From an uncultured Oscillospiraceae bacterium (lineage in GTDB: Bacteria > Bacillota > Clostridia > Oscillospirales > Acutalibacteraceae), in the NCBI GenBank assembly GCA_900548545.1, contig URKX01000001.1, positions 9,985-73,984 of the forward strand: a stretch of 64,000 nt of DNA. Reading direction: 5' to 3'. The notes beneath the pieces were generated by a model. The model saw only the letters and a program-made list of their open reading frames with translations, did not search any database and had not been told where the DNA came from. Shown one piece after another: positions 47,610 through 56,936 of this stretch; position 1 is the stretch's first letter; each line of letters begins with the position of its first letter. The translations under genes were made by a program, and so were the position numbers.

Positions 47610-47820
47610 TTCGCAGGCCCAAAACGCCGGAGAGGGCCCCGGCTTGGTTTCCAAATTCACCAGAAAGGCCCAAAAGCGCTTCCGGCAGCGGGCACGCTTC
47701 ACGGCGGCGCGCCCTATGCAATGACGGTTATTATCACTCTACCACAGCAGCGAGGGGAAGTCAACCGGGATTTCCCAGGAAACTGGGAAAATCTTTCGAA
47801 AAATGTTTACAATTCACGCC

Positions 47821-47849
47821 TTGCAATTCTGAGAAACTGGGTTTATAAT
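47821..47849 (+). promoter_or_regulatory. sigma-A promoter upstream of the hemolysin-III gene
   Basis: TTGCAA, 17 nt spacer, TATAAT (perfect -10). Confidence 0.55.
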
Positions 47850-47917
47850 GCTTTTATACCTAGTTTTGAAAACCATATAAGGCCGGTTCCAGTTTCATAG
47901 AGAAAGGGGATCTCAAA

Positions 47918-48622
47918 ATGGAATGTACCATGGGCGCGCTGTCTGACCGGCAGCGTAAAAAAAATTTCCAAATGGAAAAGAGGCAGCGCCTGGGCCTGCC
48001 CCGCTACACCTTGGGGGAGGAGATCTTCTCTTCCGTCAGCCACGGGGTATCGGCGCTGTTCGCGGTGGCTGCACTGGTGTTCCTGCTGCTCACCTGCCAA
48101 AAAAGCCCCCTGAACCTGGTCAGCGGAGCGGTGTATGGGGGCACCATGGTGCTGCTGTACACTGTGTCCACCCTGTACCATGCCCTGGGGGTAAACCGGG
48201 CGAAAGTGGTGTTCCGCTCGCTGGACCACTGCACCATCTTCCTGCTGATCGCGGGTACCTACACCCCCATCACCCTGGTGTGTTTGGGCGGCTGGAAGGG
48301 CTGGGCCATGTTCGGTGTGGTGTGGGCTGCCGCAGTGGTGGGGGTTGTGCTCAACGCCATCAGCGTGGAACGTTTTAAAAAAATTTCCATGGCCTGCTAC
48401 CTGGCCATGGGCTGGGTGGTGGTGCTGGCCATGGGGGACTTCTACCGGGCCGCCAGCCCCCTGACTTTCTGGTGCCTGCTGGGAGGCGGCATCCTCTACA
48501 CCTTGGGCGCCGGGCTGTACGCCGTGGGGAAGAAGATCCCCTATATCCACTCGGTGTTCCACCTGTTCGTGCTGGGTGGCAGCGTGCTGCACACCGTCAG
48601 CGTGTGGGGGATCTTGCGGTAA
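47918..48622 (+). CDS. hemolysin III family (PAQR) membrane protein
   Basis: 7-TM PAQR pattern with conserved HxxS...D...H...HxxxH-type residues (SHGVSALF ... YHALG ... LDHCTIF ... HSVFHLFV). Confidence 0.85.
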   Translation: MECTMGALSDRQRKKNFQMEKRQRLGLPRYTLGEEIFSSVSHGVSALFAVAALVFLLLTCQKSPLNLVSGAVYGGTMVLLYTVSTLYHALGVNRAKVVFRSLDHCTIFLLIAGTYTPITLVCLGGWKGWAMFGVVWAAAVVGVVLNAISVERFKKISMACYLAMGWVVVLAMGDFYRAASPLTFWCLLGGGILYTLGAGLYAVGKKIPYIHSVFHLFVLGGSVLHTVSVWGILR

Positions 48623-48779
48623 AGCTTCCCCAAAAGAAAGGCCGTCCCTGGATCGGGGGCGGCTTTTTCCTGTTTTTAGCCTTCAAACAGGGCTTGGGGG
48701 GAGGTTTTTGCTGGAATGAACCGGTCCCTTTCCGACTATACTGTACCAAGGAATCCCGTCTGGAAAGGAGCGCGCTATC

Positions 48780-49271
48780 ATGCCAAGCATCTATCTCACC
48801 CTGGCCGGCCCCCAGCAGGCCCCTTACCCCAACGGCGGCGACGAGGCCTACTGGATGGGCCAGGTGGCCGGGGCCCTTGTGTCCCATTTGAACCATCGGG
48901 GGATCCCCCTGGCTTGGGGACGCCCGGAAAAGCCGGAGGCGCTTTGGCTGGCCTTGTCCTCCCAGGCGGCGCCCCCGGAGCAGGAGGGCCGGAAAAAAGG
49001 CCCCCTGGTGCTGTTCCAGGAGGGGGACCCCCAAAGCCAGCGGATGGCGGCCTGCCTGGCAGACCACTTGGCACAGGCCTATCCCCAGCCGGAGTTCCTT
49101 CTGCTGGAGGGCCGGCCCCGGATCCCGGAGCTGGAAGGCGCCCCTTGTCCTGGGGCGGCCCTGCGCCTGCTGTACCGGGACAATCCCCAGGACGAGGCAT
49201 GGATCGTCCGGAACACAGGCCCCGTGGGGAAGGCCCTGGCCCAGGGGCTGGAGGAAGCCTGCCGTGGTTGA
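48780..49271 (+). CDS. hypothetical protein with a degenerate Amidase_3 (MurNAc-L-Ala amidase)-like fold lacking the usual zinc-ligand His residues
   Basis: AAAGGAG RBS; C-terminal ALRLLYRDNPQDEAWI resembles the Amidase_3 V(L/I)VExGFxxNxxD motif, but the N-terminal xDxGHGG is replaced by TLAGPQQ. Confidence 0.45.
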   Translation: MPSIYLTLAGPQQAPYPNGGDEAYWMGQVAGALVSHLNHRGIPLAWGRPEKPEALWLALSSQAAPPEQEGRKKGPLVLFQEGDPQSQRMAACLADHLAQAYPQPEFLLLEGRPRIPELEGAPCPGAALRLLYRDNPQDEAWIVRNTGPVGKALAQGLEEACRG

Positions 49272-50583
49272 GGCTGTTTGCAGCCTGCTGTGGGGCTGGC
49301 ACGTGCTGGCGGCCATCCTGGCGGCGGGGGCGTTTTTCACCCTGGAAACGGGGTTTTACCAGCTCCGCTGCGCCGGGCGCTGGCTGAAAGCCGCCCTGTG
49401 CCGCCCTGCCGGGGAAACGGGGAAGCTCTCCTCCTTCCAGGCGCTGAGCACTGCCCTGGCTGGGTCCATCGGCACGGGGAATATTGTGGGGGTGGCGGCG
49501 GCCATCACCGTGGGAGGCCCCGGGGCACTGTTTTGGATGTGGGCTTCCGCCCTGTTGGGCATGATGACCATTTACGCGGAAAACGCCCTGGCCGCACGGT
49601 ACCGCACGCCGGGAGCTCCCGGGGCGCTGGGGTACATCCGCCGGGCGGGCAAGTGGGGGAAGCCCTTGGCTGCCCTGTACGCCGGGGGCTGCTGTATGGC
49701 CTCCTTGGGCATGGGGAATATGGCCCAGACCCACGCGGCGGCCGCGGCCCTAAACAGCCTGGGGGTGGCTCCCTGGGTGGCGGCTGTGTGCCTGGGGGTG
49801 TTTGTGTTTGTGGTGGCCCGGGGCGGCCTGACCGTGGGGGCAAAGATCGCCCAGGGCCTGGTGCCCGCCATGACCCTGCTGTTTTTCGGGGCGTCCCTGG
49901 GGGTGCTCTGGGTGTTCCGTGAAAACCTCCCGGCGGCCTTCGCCAGCATTTTCCAAGGGGCCTTTTCCTGGAAAGCCGGGGCCGGGGGCACTGCCGGTGC
50001 GCTGCTGGCCATGCGGGAAGGGGTTTCCCGAGGGGTGTTCACCAACGAGGCCGGTTTGGGCAGTTCGGCCTTTGCCTACGATGGGGTGGAAGGCCGATCC
50101 CCTGAGGAACTGGGCTGCCTGGGGATCTTCCAGGTATTTGCCGACACCATCGTCATGTGTACGGTCACGGGGCTGTGCATTTTGTGCTGCCGCTCCCCCA
50201 TGCTGGAGGGCGCCGCCCTGACCTTTTACGCCTATGAGGCTGCCTTGGGCCCCTGGGGCGGGAAGGCAGTGTCCCTGTGTACGGCGCTGTTTGCCCTGGC
50301 CACCCTCACCGCCTGGAGCTGCTATGGCCGGGAGGGGCTGTGTTACCTCACCGGGGGCAGAGGGAAGGGCGTTTACGCCTTGGCCGCGGCAGTGGCCGCC
50401 GGGCTGGGCTGCTTTTTGCCCTTGGGGACTGTATTCCAATTGGGCGACGCCATGAACGGATTGATGGCCCTGCCCAACCTGCTGGCACTGTTTTGCCTGG
50501 GGAGCCAGTTGTCTCACAGAGAAAGTTTTCCTCGGAAAATTCTGAAAACTGCTGGTATTTTTCGTGGTTTAATGATAAAATAG
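49264..50583 (+). CDS. alanine/glycine:cation symporter (AGCS) family transporter
   Basis: AGCS signature (SSFQALSTALAGSIGTGNIVGVAAAITVGGPGALFWMW); start uncertain, apparent GTG overlapping the upstream stop. Confidence 0.75.
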   Translation: MVEAVCSLLWGWHVLAAILAAGAFFTLETGFYQLRCAGRWLKAALCRPAGETGKLSSFQALSTALAGSIGTGNIVGVAAAITVGGPGALFWMWASALLGMMTIYAENALAARYRTPGAPGALGYIRRAGKWGKPLAALYAGGCCMASLGMGNMAQTHAAAAALNSLGVAPWVAAVCLGVFVFVVARGGLTVGAKIAQGLVPAMTLLFFGASLGVLWVFRENLPAAFASIFQGAFSWKAGAGGTAGALLAMREGVSRGVFTNEAGLGSSAFAYDGVEGRSPEELGCLGIFQVFADTIVMCTVTGLCILCCRSPMLEGAALTFYAYEAALGPWGGKAVSLCTALFALATLTAWSCYGREGLCYLTGGRGKGVYALAAAVAAGLGCFLPLGTVFQLGDAMNGLMALPNLLALFCLGSQLSHRESFPRKILKTAGIFRGLMIK

Positions 50584-50686
50584 CCCTAGCGGAACGCCAT
50601 GTTTCCCAATTGGAACGGGGACGCGGCAGATCTTGATTCGGCTGGGCGGGAAAACCGGCCTGGCCAGGAAAGGCAGGTACTTTTTT

Positions 50687-51010
50687 ATGAAACTGATCCT
50701 TGCAATTGTTAGCAATGACGACAGCGGCGCGGTTTCCTCCGCCATCACCCGCGAGGGTTTTTCTGTTACAAAATTGGCTACCACCGGCGGCTTTTTAATG
50801 GCTGGCAACACCACCTTCATCTCCGGCGTGGAAGATGACAAGGTGGATACCGTCATCGGCATCATCGCCAAGTATTCCAGCCGCCGCACCCAGATCGTCC
50901 CCAGCACCTCCACCATGGAAGTGGGGATGTACTCCTCCTTCCCCGTGGAAGTCACCGTGGGCGGTTCCACCATCTTTGTGCTGAACGTGGACCGTTTCGA
51001 GAAGGTGTGA
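50687..51010 (+). CDS. darA: cyclic-di-AMP receptor DarA (PII-like, YaaQ/PstA family)
   Basis: MKLILAIVSNDDSGAVSSAITREGFSVTKLATTGGFL... is very close to the B. subtilis YaaQ pattern; located upstream of holB as in Bacillus. Confidence 0.85.
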   Translation: MKLILAIVSNDDSGAVSSAITREGFSVTKLATTGGFLMAGNTTFISGVEDDKVDTVIGIIAKYSSRRTQIVPSTSTMEVGMYSSFPVEVTVGGSTIFVLNVDRFEKV

Positions 51011-51993
51011 TGGAATTTCCCGGATTTTTGGGCAACGCCCCGGTGAAAGAGGCCCTTTCCCAGGCTTTTTCCGCGGGGCGTTTTCCCCATGCCCTGCTGC
51101 TCCAGGGGGAGCCTGGGGTGGGGAAGCGCGCCTTTGCCCGGCTGCTGGCCCAGGCCCTGGTCTGCCGCCACAAGGACCGCGCCCCCTGTGGGGAGTGCCC
51201 CTCCTGTGTGCGGGCCAAAGCCGGTTCACATCCCGATATCCGAGTGTTGGAAGGGAGCGGGGCGACCCGCTCCCTTAGTGTTGAACAGGTCAAAGAGCTG
51301 ACCATGGACGCCTACCGGGCCCCGGAAGAGGCCCAGGTGAGCGTGTATATCCTGCTCATGGGCAGCCGGCCCCTGGAACCTGCCCAGAACAAGCTGTTAA
51401 AGCTCATTGAGGAGCCTCCTGCCCACGGGGTGTTCCTGTTGGTGTGCCCCTCCGCCGAGCTGCTTTTGCCCACCATCCGCAGCCGGGTGCAGAGCTTTTT
51501 GCTGCTGCCTCCCAGCGAAGAGGAAGCGGCAGCCTACGTGGCGGCCCGGGAGGGGGTGGATCCCCCGCGTGCCCGGGAGCTGGCCGCCCTGTGCCAGGGG
51601 AATATTGGCCGGATGCTCCAGGAGCTGGCCGGCGGGGAGGAGGCCCGGGCTTTTTCCATTGCCGCGGCGTTGGCCAAAGGGCTGTTGGAGCCCGGGGAAC
51701 ACGCCATGCTGCTGGCGGCGGCGCCCCTGCTGAAAAACCGGGAATTGTTCCGGGAGGCGCTCACACGGCTGTCCTTCATTTTCCGGGACGCCCTGGTGCT
51801 GCGGGCAGGAGGCAGCGCGGTGCTGGGGGGCGCGCCGGAACTGGCGGACAAGCTGGGGGACCTGCCCATGAAGCGGCTGGTACAGCTGCCGCCCTTGGTG
51901 GAAGATTGCCGCCAAAAGCTGGACCGAAACGCCAATATGGCGCTGTTGGCCACGGATTTCTGCGTGCGCCTGCGGGAAGCGGTGGGACGGTGA
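51010..51993 (+). CDS. holB: DNA polymerase III delta-prime subunit
   Basis: AAA+ clamp-loader motifs (HALLLQGEPGVGKRAFARLLA, zinc module CxxCxxC, SRVQ), followed by ricT as in Bacillus; ATG overlaps the darA stop (GTGATGG). Confidence 0.85.
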   Translation: MEFPGFLGNAPVKEALSQAFSAGRFPHALLLQGEPGVGKRAFARLLAQALVCRHKDRAPCGECPSCVRAKAGSHPDIRVLEGSGATRSLSVEQVKELTMDAYRAPEEAQVSVYILLMGSRPLEPAQNKLLKLIEEPPAHGVFLLVCPSAELLLPTIRSRVQSFLLLPPSEEEAAAYVAAREGVDPPRARELAALCQGNIGRMLQELAGGEEARAFSIAAALAKGLLEPGEHAMLLAAAPLLKNRELFREALTRLSFIFRDALVLRAGGSAVLGGAPELADKLGDLPMKRLVQLPPLVEDCRQKLDRNANMALLATDFCVRLREAVGR

Positions 51994-52012
51994 CAAGAAA
52001 GGAGGAATGCGC

Positions 52013-52882
52013 ATGGCTGAAGTGATCGGCGTGCGGTTTAAGAATACAGGAAAGGTCTATTACTTCGACCCTCAAGGCCAGACGGTGGAAAAAGGCGCCA
52101 TGGCCATTGTGGAAACGGCCAGGGGGATGGAGTGCGGCGAGGTGGCCCTGGAAAACCGGGAGGTGGCCGATAAAAGCATTGTGCAGCCCCTGCGGAAGCT
52201 GATCCGCCTGGCCACCAAAGAAGACCTGAAAAAAGTGGCGGAAAACCACATCAAAGAGAAAAAGGCGTTTAAAGCCTGTGAAAAGAAGATCGCCGAGCGG
52301 GGCTTGGAGATGAAGCTGGTGGACGTGGAGTACACCTTTGACAACTCCAAGATCCTGTTTTACTTCACCGCCGACGGCCGGGTGGATTTCCGGGAACTGG
52401 TGAAGGATTTGGCCGGGATGTTCCGCACCCGCATCGAGCTGCGGCAGATCGGCGTCCGGGACGAGGCCAAGATGCTGGGGGGCATGGGCATTTGCGGCCG
52501 GCCCTTCTGCTGCGGCACGTTCCTGGGGGGATTTACCCCGGTTTCTATTAAAATGGCCAAGGAGCAGGGGCTCTCCCTGAACCCGGTGAAGATCTCCGGC
52601 GCCTGCGGGCGGCTGATGTGCTGCCTGAAGTACGAGCAGGAAGCCTACCAGGACCTGCTGAAAAACACCCCCAAGGTGGGGGCTTTGGTGTCCACCCCCG
52701 ACGGCAAGGGCGTGGTCATCGAGCAGAACCTGTTGACCCGAAAGCTCACCATCCGGCTGGACAAGGACCCGGAAGGCGCCCCCAAGGTGTTCAAAGTGGG
52801 GGAGGTAAAGGTGCTGCGGGACGGGAAGATCAAGGTGGGCAAAAAGGAATTGGAAGAGCTGAAAAAGCTGGAGGAAACCTGA
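52013..52882 (+). CDS. ricT: PSP1-domain protein RicT (stage 0 sporulation protein YaaT)
   Basis: PSP1 C-terminal domain with CGRPFCCGTFL...CGRLMCCLKYE cysteine motifs; AGGAGGA RBS. Confidence 0.85.
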   Translation: MAEVIGVRFKNTGKVYYFDPQGQTVEKGAMAIVETARGMECGEVALENREVADKSIVQPLRKLIRLATKEDLKKVAENHIKEKKAFKACEKKIAERGLEMKLVDVEYTFDNSKILFYFTADGRVDFRELVKDLAGMFRTRIELRQIGVRDEAKMLGGMGICGRPFCCGTFLGGFTPVSIKMAKEQGLSLNPVKISGACGRLMCCLKYEQEAYQDLLKNTPKVGALVSTPDGKGVVIEQNLLTRKLTIRLDKDPEGAPKVFKVGEVKVLRDGKIKVGKKELEELKKLEET

Positions 52883-52980
52883 AAAGCCCACAGGAGCGGG
52901 CTTTTTGGAGGAATCTCCCTGCTGGTGGAAAAACACTTGCATTTTATGCGAAATGTGTTACAATGAGTGTGTAAATTTAA

Positions 52981-53166
<186 letters not shown>

Positions 53167-53253
53167 GTTTCGGGTCTGAAAAAATTTCAGAAAAGCAGAG
53201 CCCGGGGGGACAAGTTCCCTGCGGGCTCTTCTTTTTTGCCTTGGAGGGCGTTT

Positions 53254-54012
53254 ATGGAGGATTGGAACAGCACCACCCATTGGGAACCCCTCACCGGCGG
53301 GGCCCGGGTGCTGGTGAGCCGGGAACACACCTTTGGCACCGACGCGGTGCTGCTGGCGGACTTTTCCGCCCCCCGCCCCGGGGAGTTGTGGGCGGACCTG
53401 GGCACTGGCTGCGGGGTGATCCCCCTGCTGTGGCACACCCGCACCCAGGCCGGGCACATCACCGGGGTGGAGCTGCAGGAGAAGGCGGCCTGGCAGGCCC
53501 AGCGGTCGGTGGAGGGAAACGGCTTTTCCCAGCGGATCGCCATTGCCCGGCAGGACGCCAGGGACCTGTCAAGCCTGTTCCCGGCGGGGAGCCTCCACGG
53601 CATGGCCTGCAACCCGCCCTACACCGCGCCGGGGGCGGGCATTGCCAGCGCTGACAGCGCCCGGCGGGGTGCCCGCCAGGGGGACACCTTCACCCTGGAG
53701 GACCTGGCGCGGTCGGCCAAGTATGCCCTGCGGTATGGAGGGCGGCTGTGCATCTGCCTGCGGCCCCAGCGGCTGGGGGAGGCGGTGGAGGTGTTCCACA
53801 GCTTCCGGCTGGAGCCCAAACGGCTGCGGCTGTGCCAGCAGCGGCCGGGGAAGGCCCCTTTCCTGTTTTTGCTGGAGTGCCGGCTGGGGGGCAAGCCGGG
53901 GATGACCGTGGAGCCGGTGCTGTTGTTGGAAGGCCCGGACGGCAGCCCCAGCCAGGAGATCGAAGATATTTACGGCGACTACCGGGACAACCCCCGGCGC
54001 CGGAAACCATAG
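53254..54012 (+). CDS. tRNA1(Val) (adenine37-N6)-methyltransferase-like class I SAM methyltransferase (YfiC/YabB family)
   Basis: DLGTGCGVIPLL SAM motif I and NPPY motif IV; positional equivalent of B. subtilis yabB upstream of rsmI. Confidence 0.75.
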   Translation: MEDWNSTTHWEPLTGGARVLVSREHTFGTDAVLLADFSAPRPGELWADLGTGCGVIPLLWHTRTQAGHITGVELQEKAAWQAQRSVEGNGFSQRIAIARQDARDLSSLFPAGSLHGMACNPPYTAPGAGIASADSARRGARQGDTFTLEDLARSAKYALRYGGRLCICLRPQRLGEAVEVFHSFRLEPKRLRLCQQRPGKAPFLFLLECRLGGKPGMTVEPVLLLEGPDGSPSQEIEDIYGDYRDNPRRRKP

Positions 54013-54021
54013 GGAGGACAC

Positions 54022-54879
54022 ATGGAATACACCTTGGAACGGGGCGCCCTGTACGTGGTGGGCACGCCCATTGGGAATTTGGGGGATTTTTCCCCCCGCG
54101 CCCGGGAAACCTTAGAACAGGCGGACTTTGTGGCCGCAGAGGACACCCGGGTGACCTTGAAGCTGCTGAACCATTTTGGCATCAAAAAGCCGTTGGTCTC
54201 TTACTTTGAACATAACAAGCTGGAACACGGGCCGTTGATCGTGGCCCGCTTGCAGCAGGGGGAAACCTGCGCCCTGGTCAGTGACGCGGGGATGCCCGCC
54301 ATCTCCGACCCGGGGGAAACCCTGGTGGCTGCCTGCGCCCAGGCGGGGGTTCCCGTGTATGTGGTGCCCGGGCCTACGGCGGCCCTGTCGGCCCTGGCCA
54401 TCAGCGGGCTGCCCACCGGGCGGTTCACTTTTGAGGGATTTGTCAGCGTGAACAAGCGCAGCCGCAGGGAGCACCTGGACGCTTTGGAAGGGGAGCAGCG
54501 CACCATGATCTTTTACGAGGCGCCCCACAAGCTGCGGAAGACTTTGTCGGACTTTGCCAAGCTCTTTGGCCCGGACCGGCGGATCGCCCTGTGCCGGGAG
54601 CTGACGAAAGTCCACGAGGAGGTGTGGCGCACCACCGTGGGGGAGGCCGCCGCCCACTACCGGGAGAACGAGCCCCGGGGGGAGTTTGTGCTGGTGGTGG
54701 AAGGGGCCCAGGCCCCCGCCGCCCCAGATCAGGAGTACACCCTGGAGGACGCGGTGGAAATGGCCCGGTCCTTGGCAGCGGGAGGGCTTTCCGCCAGCGA
54801 GGCCGCCAAAGAGGCCGCCAAGGAAACCGGCTTTAAAAAAGGGGAGATCTACCGCCGCATGGGCCAGGCCGGGAACTAG
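54022..54879 (+). CDS. rsmI: 16S rRNA (cytidine1402-2'-O)-methyltransferase RsmI
   Basis: tetrapyrrole-methylase fold motifs (LYVVGTPIGNLGD, SDAGMPAISDPG, FYEAPHKL). Confidence 0.9.
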   Translation: MEYTLERGALYVVGTPIGNLGDFSPRARETLEQADFVAAEDTRVTLKLLNHFGIKKPLVSYFEHNKLEHGPLIVARLQQGETCALVSDAGMPAISDPGETLVAACAQAGVPVYVVPGPTAALSALAISGLPTGRFTFEGFVSVNKRSRREHLDALEGEQRTMIFYEAPHKLRKTLSDFAKLFGPDRRIALCRELTKVHEEVWRTTVGEAAAHYRENEPRGEFVLVVEGAQAPAAPDQEYTLEDAVEMARSLAAGGLSASEAAKEAAKETGFKKGEIYRRMGQAGN

Positions 54880-55134
54880 GCGTGAGAAAGGTGTTTGTTA
54901 AATTTTAAACATAGGCGCATTTTGCCGTGGACGGTCAGGGGCATCTATGGTATAATAACCGCAGAAAAGACGAACGCGGGCCGCCCCAAGGGGGAGGATC
55001 CCCGCCCAGCCCGGCGGTTTCGGCCGCCTGCGCGATGTGCCCGCCGCAGGCGTGGTATAATAGCCGCAAGAAAAACTTGCACCATTTCCCGGGGGTGATT
55101 CCCTGGAACCCCATATCCGGAAAGGATGGATACT

Positions 55135-56880
55135 ATGCTGAGAAAAACCAAGATCATCTGTACGCTGGGCCCTGCCACCGAGGACGAAAGCGTCCTGCGC
55201 CGGTTGATGCAGGGAGGTATGAACGCAGCCCGCTTCAACTTTTCCCACTGTACTCATGAGGACGCTTCCAAGAAGCTGGAGGCTGTCACCCGCCTGCGGG
55301 AAGAACTGGGCCTTCCCATCGCCACGATCCTGGACACCAAGGGCCCGGAGATCCGGGTGAAGACCTTCCAAAACGGGCCGGTCCAGCTGCGGGCCGGCGA
55401 CACGTTCACCCTCACCACCCGGGAGGTGGAGGGGGACGAGAAAATGGTTTCCATCACCTATCAGGACTTGACCAAAGACCTGAAAGCCGGCGCCCGGGTG
55501 CTCATCGACGACGGCCTGGTGGAACTGCGGGCCGAGGAAGTGACCGATACCGACATCGTATGTACGGTGATCAACGGGGGCCAGGTTTCCAACCACAAGG
55601 GCATCAACGTGCCGGGCACCCAGCTTTCCATGCCCTTCATCAGCGAACAGGACCGGGCTGACATCATTTTCGGCATTGAACACGGCTTCGATTACATTGC
55701 CGCCTCCTTTACCCGCAGCGCCAAGGACATCCTGGCCATCCGGAGCATTTTGAAGGAGTATGACTGCCACTCCATCAACATCATTGCCAAAATCGAGAAC
55801 ATGGAGGGCGTGGACAACATTGACGAGATCCTCCGTGTGGTGGACGGCATCATGGTGGCCCGGGGCGACATGGGCGTGGAGATCCCCCTGGAGGACGTGC
55901 CCGTGCTGCAAAAGCAGCTGATCCAGAAGTCCTATTTAGCGGGCAAGCAGGTGGTCACCGCCACCCAGATGCTGGATTCCATGATCAAGAACCCCCGGCC
56001 CACCCGGGCGGAGTCCACCGACGTGGCCAACGCCATTTACGACGGCACCAGCTGCATTATGCTCTCCGGGGAAACCGCCGCGGGCAAATACCCGGTGGAG
56101 GCTTTGGAAACCATGGTGCGCATCGCGGAAAAGGCGGAGGAGAGCATCAACTATATCAAACGGTTCAACTCCCGGGACAACAGCGACGTGGCCTTTGACG
56201 TGACCAACGCCATCTCCCATGCCACCTGCACCACCGCCCATGACTTGGGGGCCAAGGCCATTGTCACCGTGACCAAGGGGGGCGGCACAGCCCGGCAGCT
56301 CTCCAAATTCCGGCCCCTGTACCCCATTGTGGGGTGCACCACCCAGGAGCACGTGTGGCGCCAGCTGAACCTCTCTTGGGGCGTGGTGCCCATGCTCATC
56401 GACGAGGTGGAGGATACGGACGTGCTCTTCGACCGGGCAGTGGACGCCGCCGAGCGCACCGGCCTGGTCCACAGCGGCGACCTGGTGGTGATCACCGCCG
56501 GCGTGCCCCTGGGCATTTCCGGCACCACCAACATGATGAAAGTCCACGTGGTGGGCCATGTGCTGCTCACCGGGGATGGGGTCACCCAGCGGAGCGTTTC
56601 CGCCCGGCTGTGCGTGTGCAAGCGGCTTTCCGATATCCCGGGGCGCTTCCGGGATGGGGACATCCTGGTGGTGCCTGAAACCAATAACACCATTGTGGAG
56701 TACCTGCGGCGCTGCTCGGGGATCATCACCGAGGAGGGAGGGGCCAACACCCACGCCGCCATTGTGGGCCTGGCCATGGACAAGCCGGTGCTCACCGGTG
56801 CCCAGCACGCCACTGAGCTGCTGAAAAGCGGTGCGGTGGTCTGCCTGGACGCCAAAGCCGGCCGGGTTACCGCTTGCTAA
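55135..56880 (+). CDS. pyk: pyruvate kinase with C-terminal PEP-utilizing (PTS EI-like) domain
   Basis: KTKIICTLGPA, MVARGDMGVEIP, MLSGETA motifs plus about 100-aa C-terminal swivelling domain as in Bacillus/Geobacillus PykA. Confidence 0.95.
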   Translation: MLRKTKIICTLGPATEDESVLRRLMQGGMNAARFNFSHCTHEDASKKLEAVTRLREELGLPIATILDTKGPEIRVKTFQNGPVQLRAGDTFTLTTREVEGDEKMVSITYQDLTKDLKAGARVLIDDGLVELRAEEVTDTDIVCTVINGGQVSNHKGINVPGTQLSMPFISEQDRADIIFGIEHGFDYIAASFTRSAKDILAIRSILKEYDCHSINIIAKIENMEGVDNIDEILRVVDGIMVARGDMGVEIPLEDVPVLQKQLIQKSYLAGKQVVTATQMLDSMIKNPRPTRAESTDVANAIYDGTSCIMLSGETAAGKYPVEALETMVRIAEKAEESINYIKRFNSRDNSDVAFDVTNAISHATCTTAHDLGAKAIVTVTKGGGTARQLSKFRPLYPIVGCTTQEHVWRQLNLSWGVVPMLIDEVEDTDVLFDRAVDAAERTGLVHSGDLVVITAGVPLGISGTTNMMKVHVVGHVLLTGDGVTQRSVSARLCVCKRLSDIPGRFRDGDILVVPETNNTIVEYLRRCSGIITEEGGANTHAAIVGLAMDKPVLTGAQHATELLKSGAVVCLDAKAGRVTAC

Positions 56881-56936
56881 TGGGCGGGACAGAAACGGGA
56901 AAAAGGGCCTGCTGCCTGGTGCAGCGGGCCCTTTTG

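Noticed and set aside
47515-47721. 68-aa minus-strand ORF overlapping the leader hairpin, considered as a possible attenuation leader peptide
   Set aside because: No RBS, spans the terminator stem itself and is far longer than known leader peptides; more likely a GC-shadow ORF. A real leader ORF, if any, remains unidentified.
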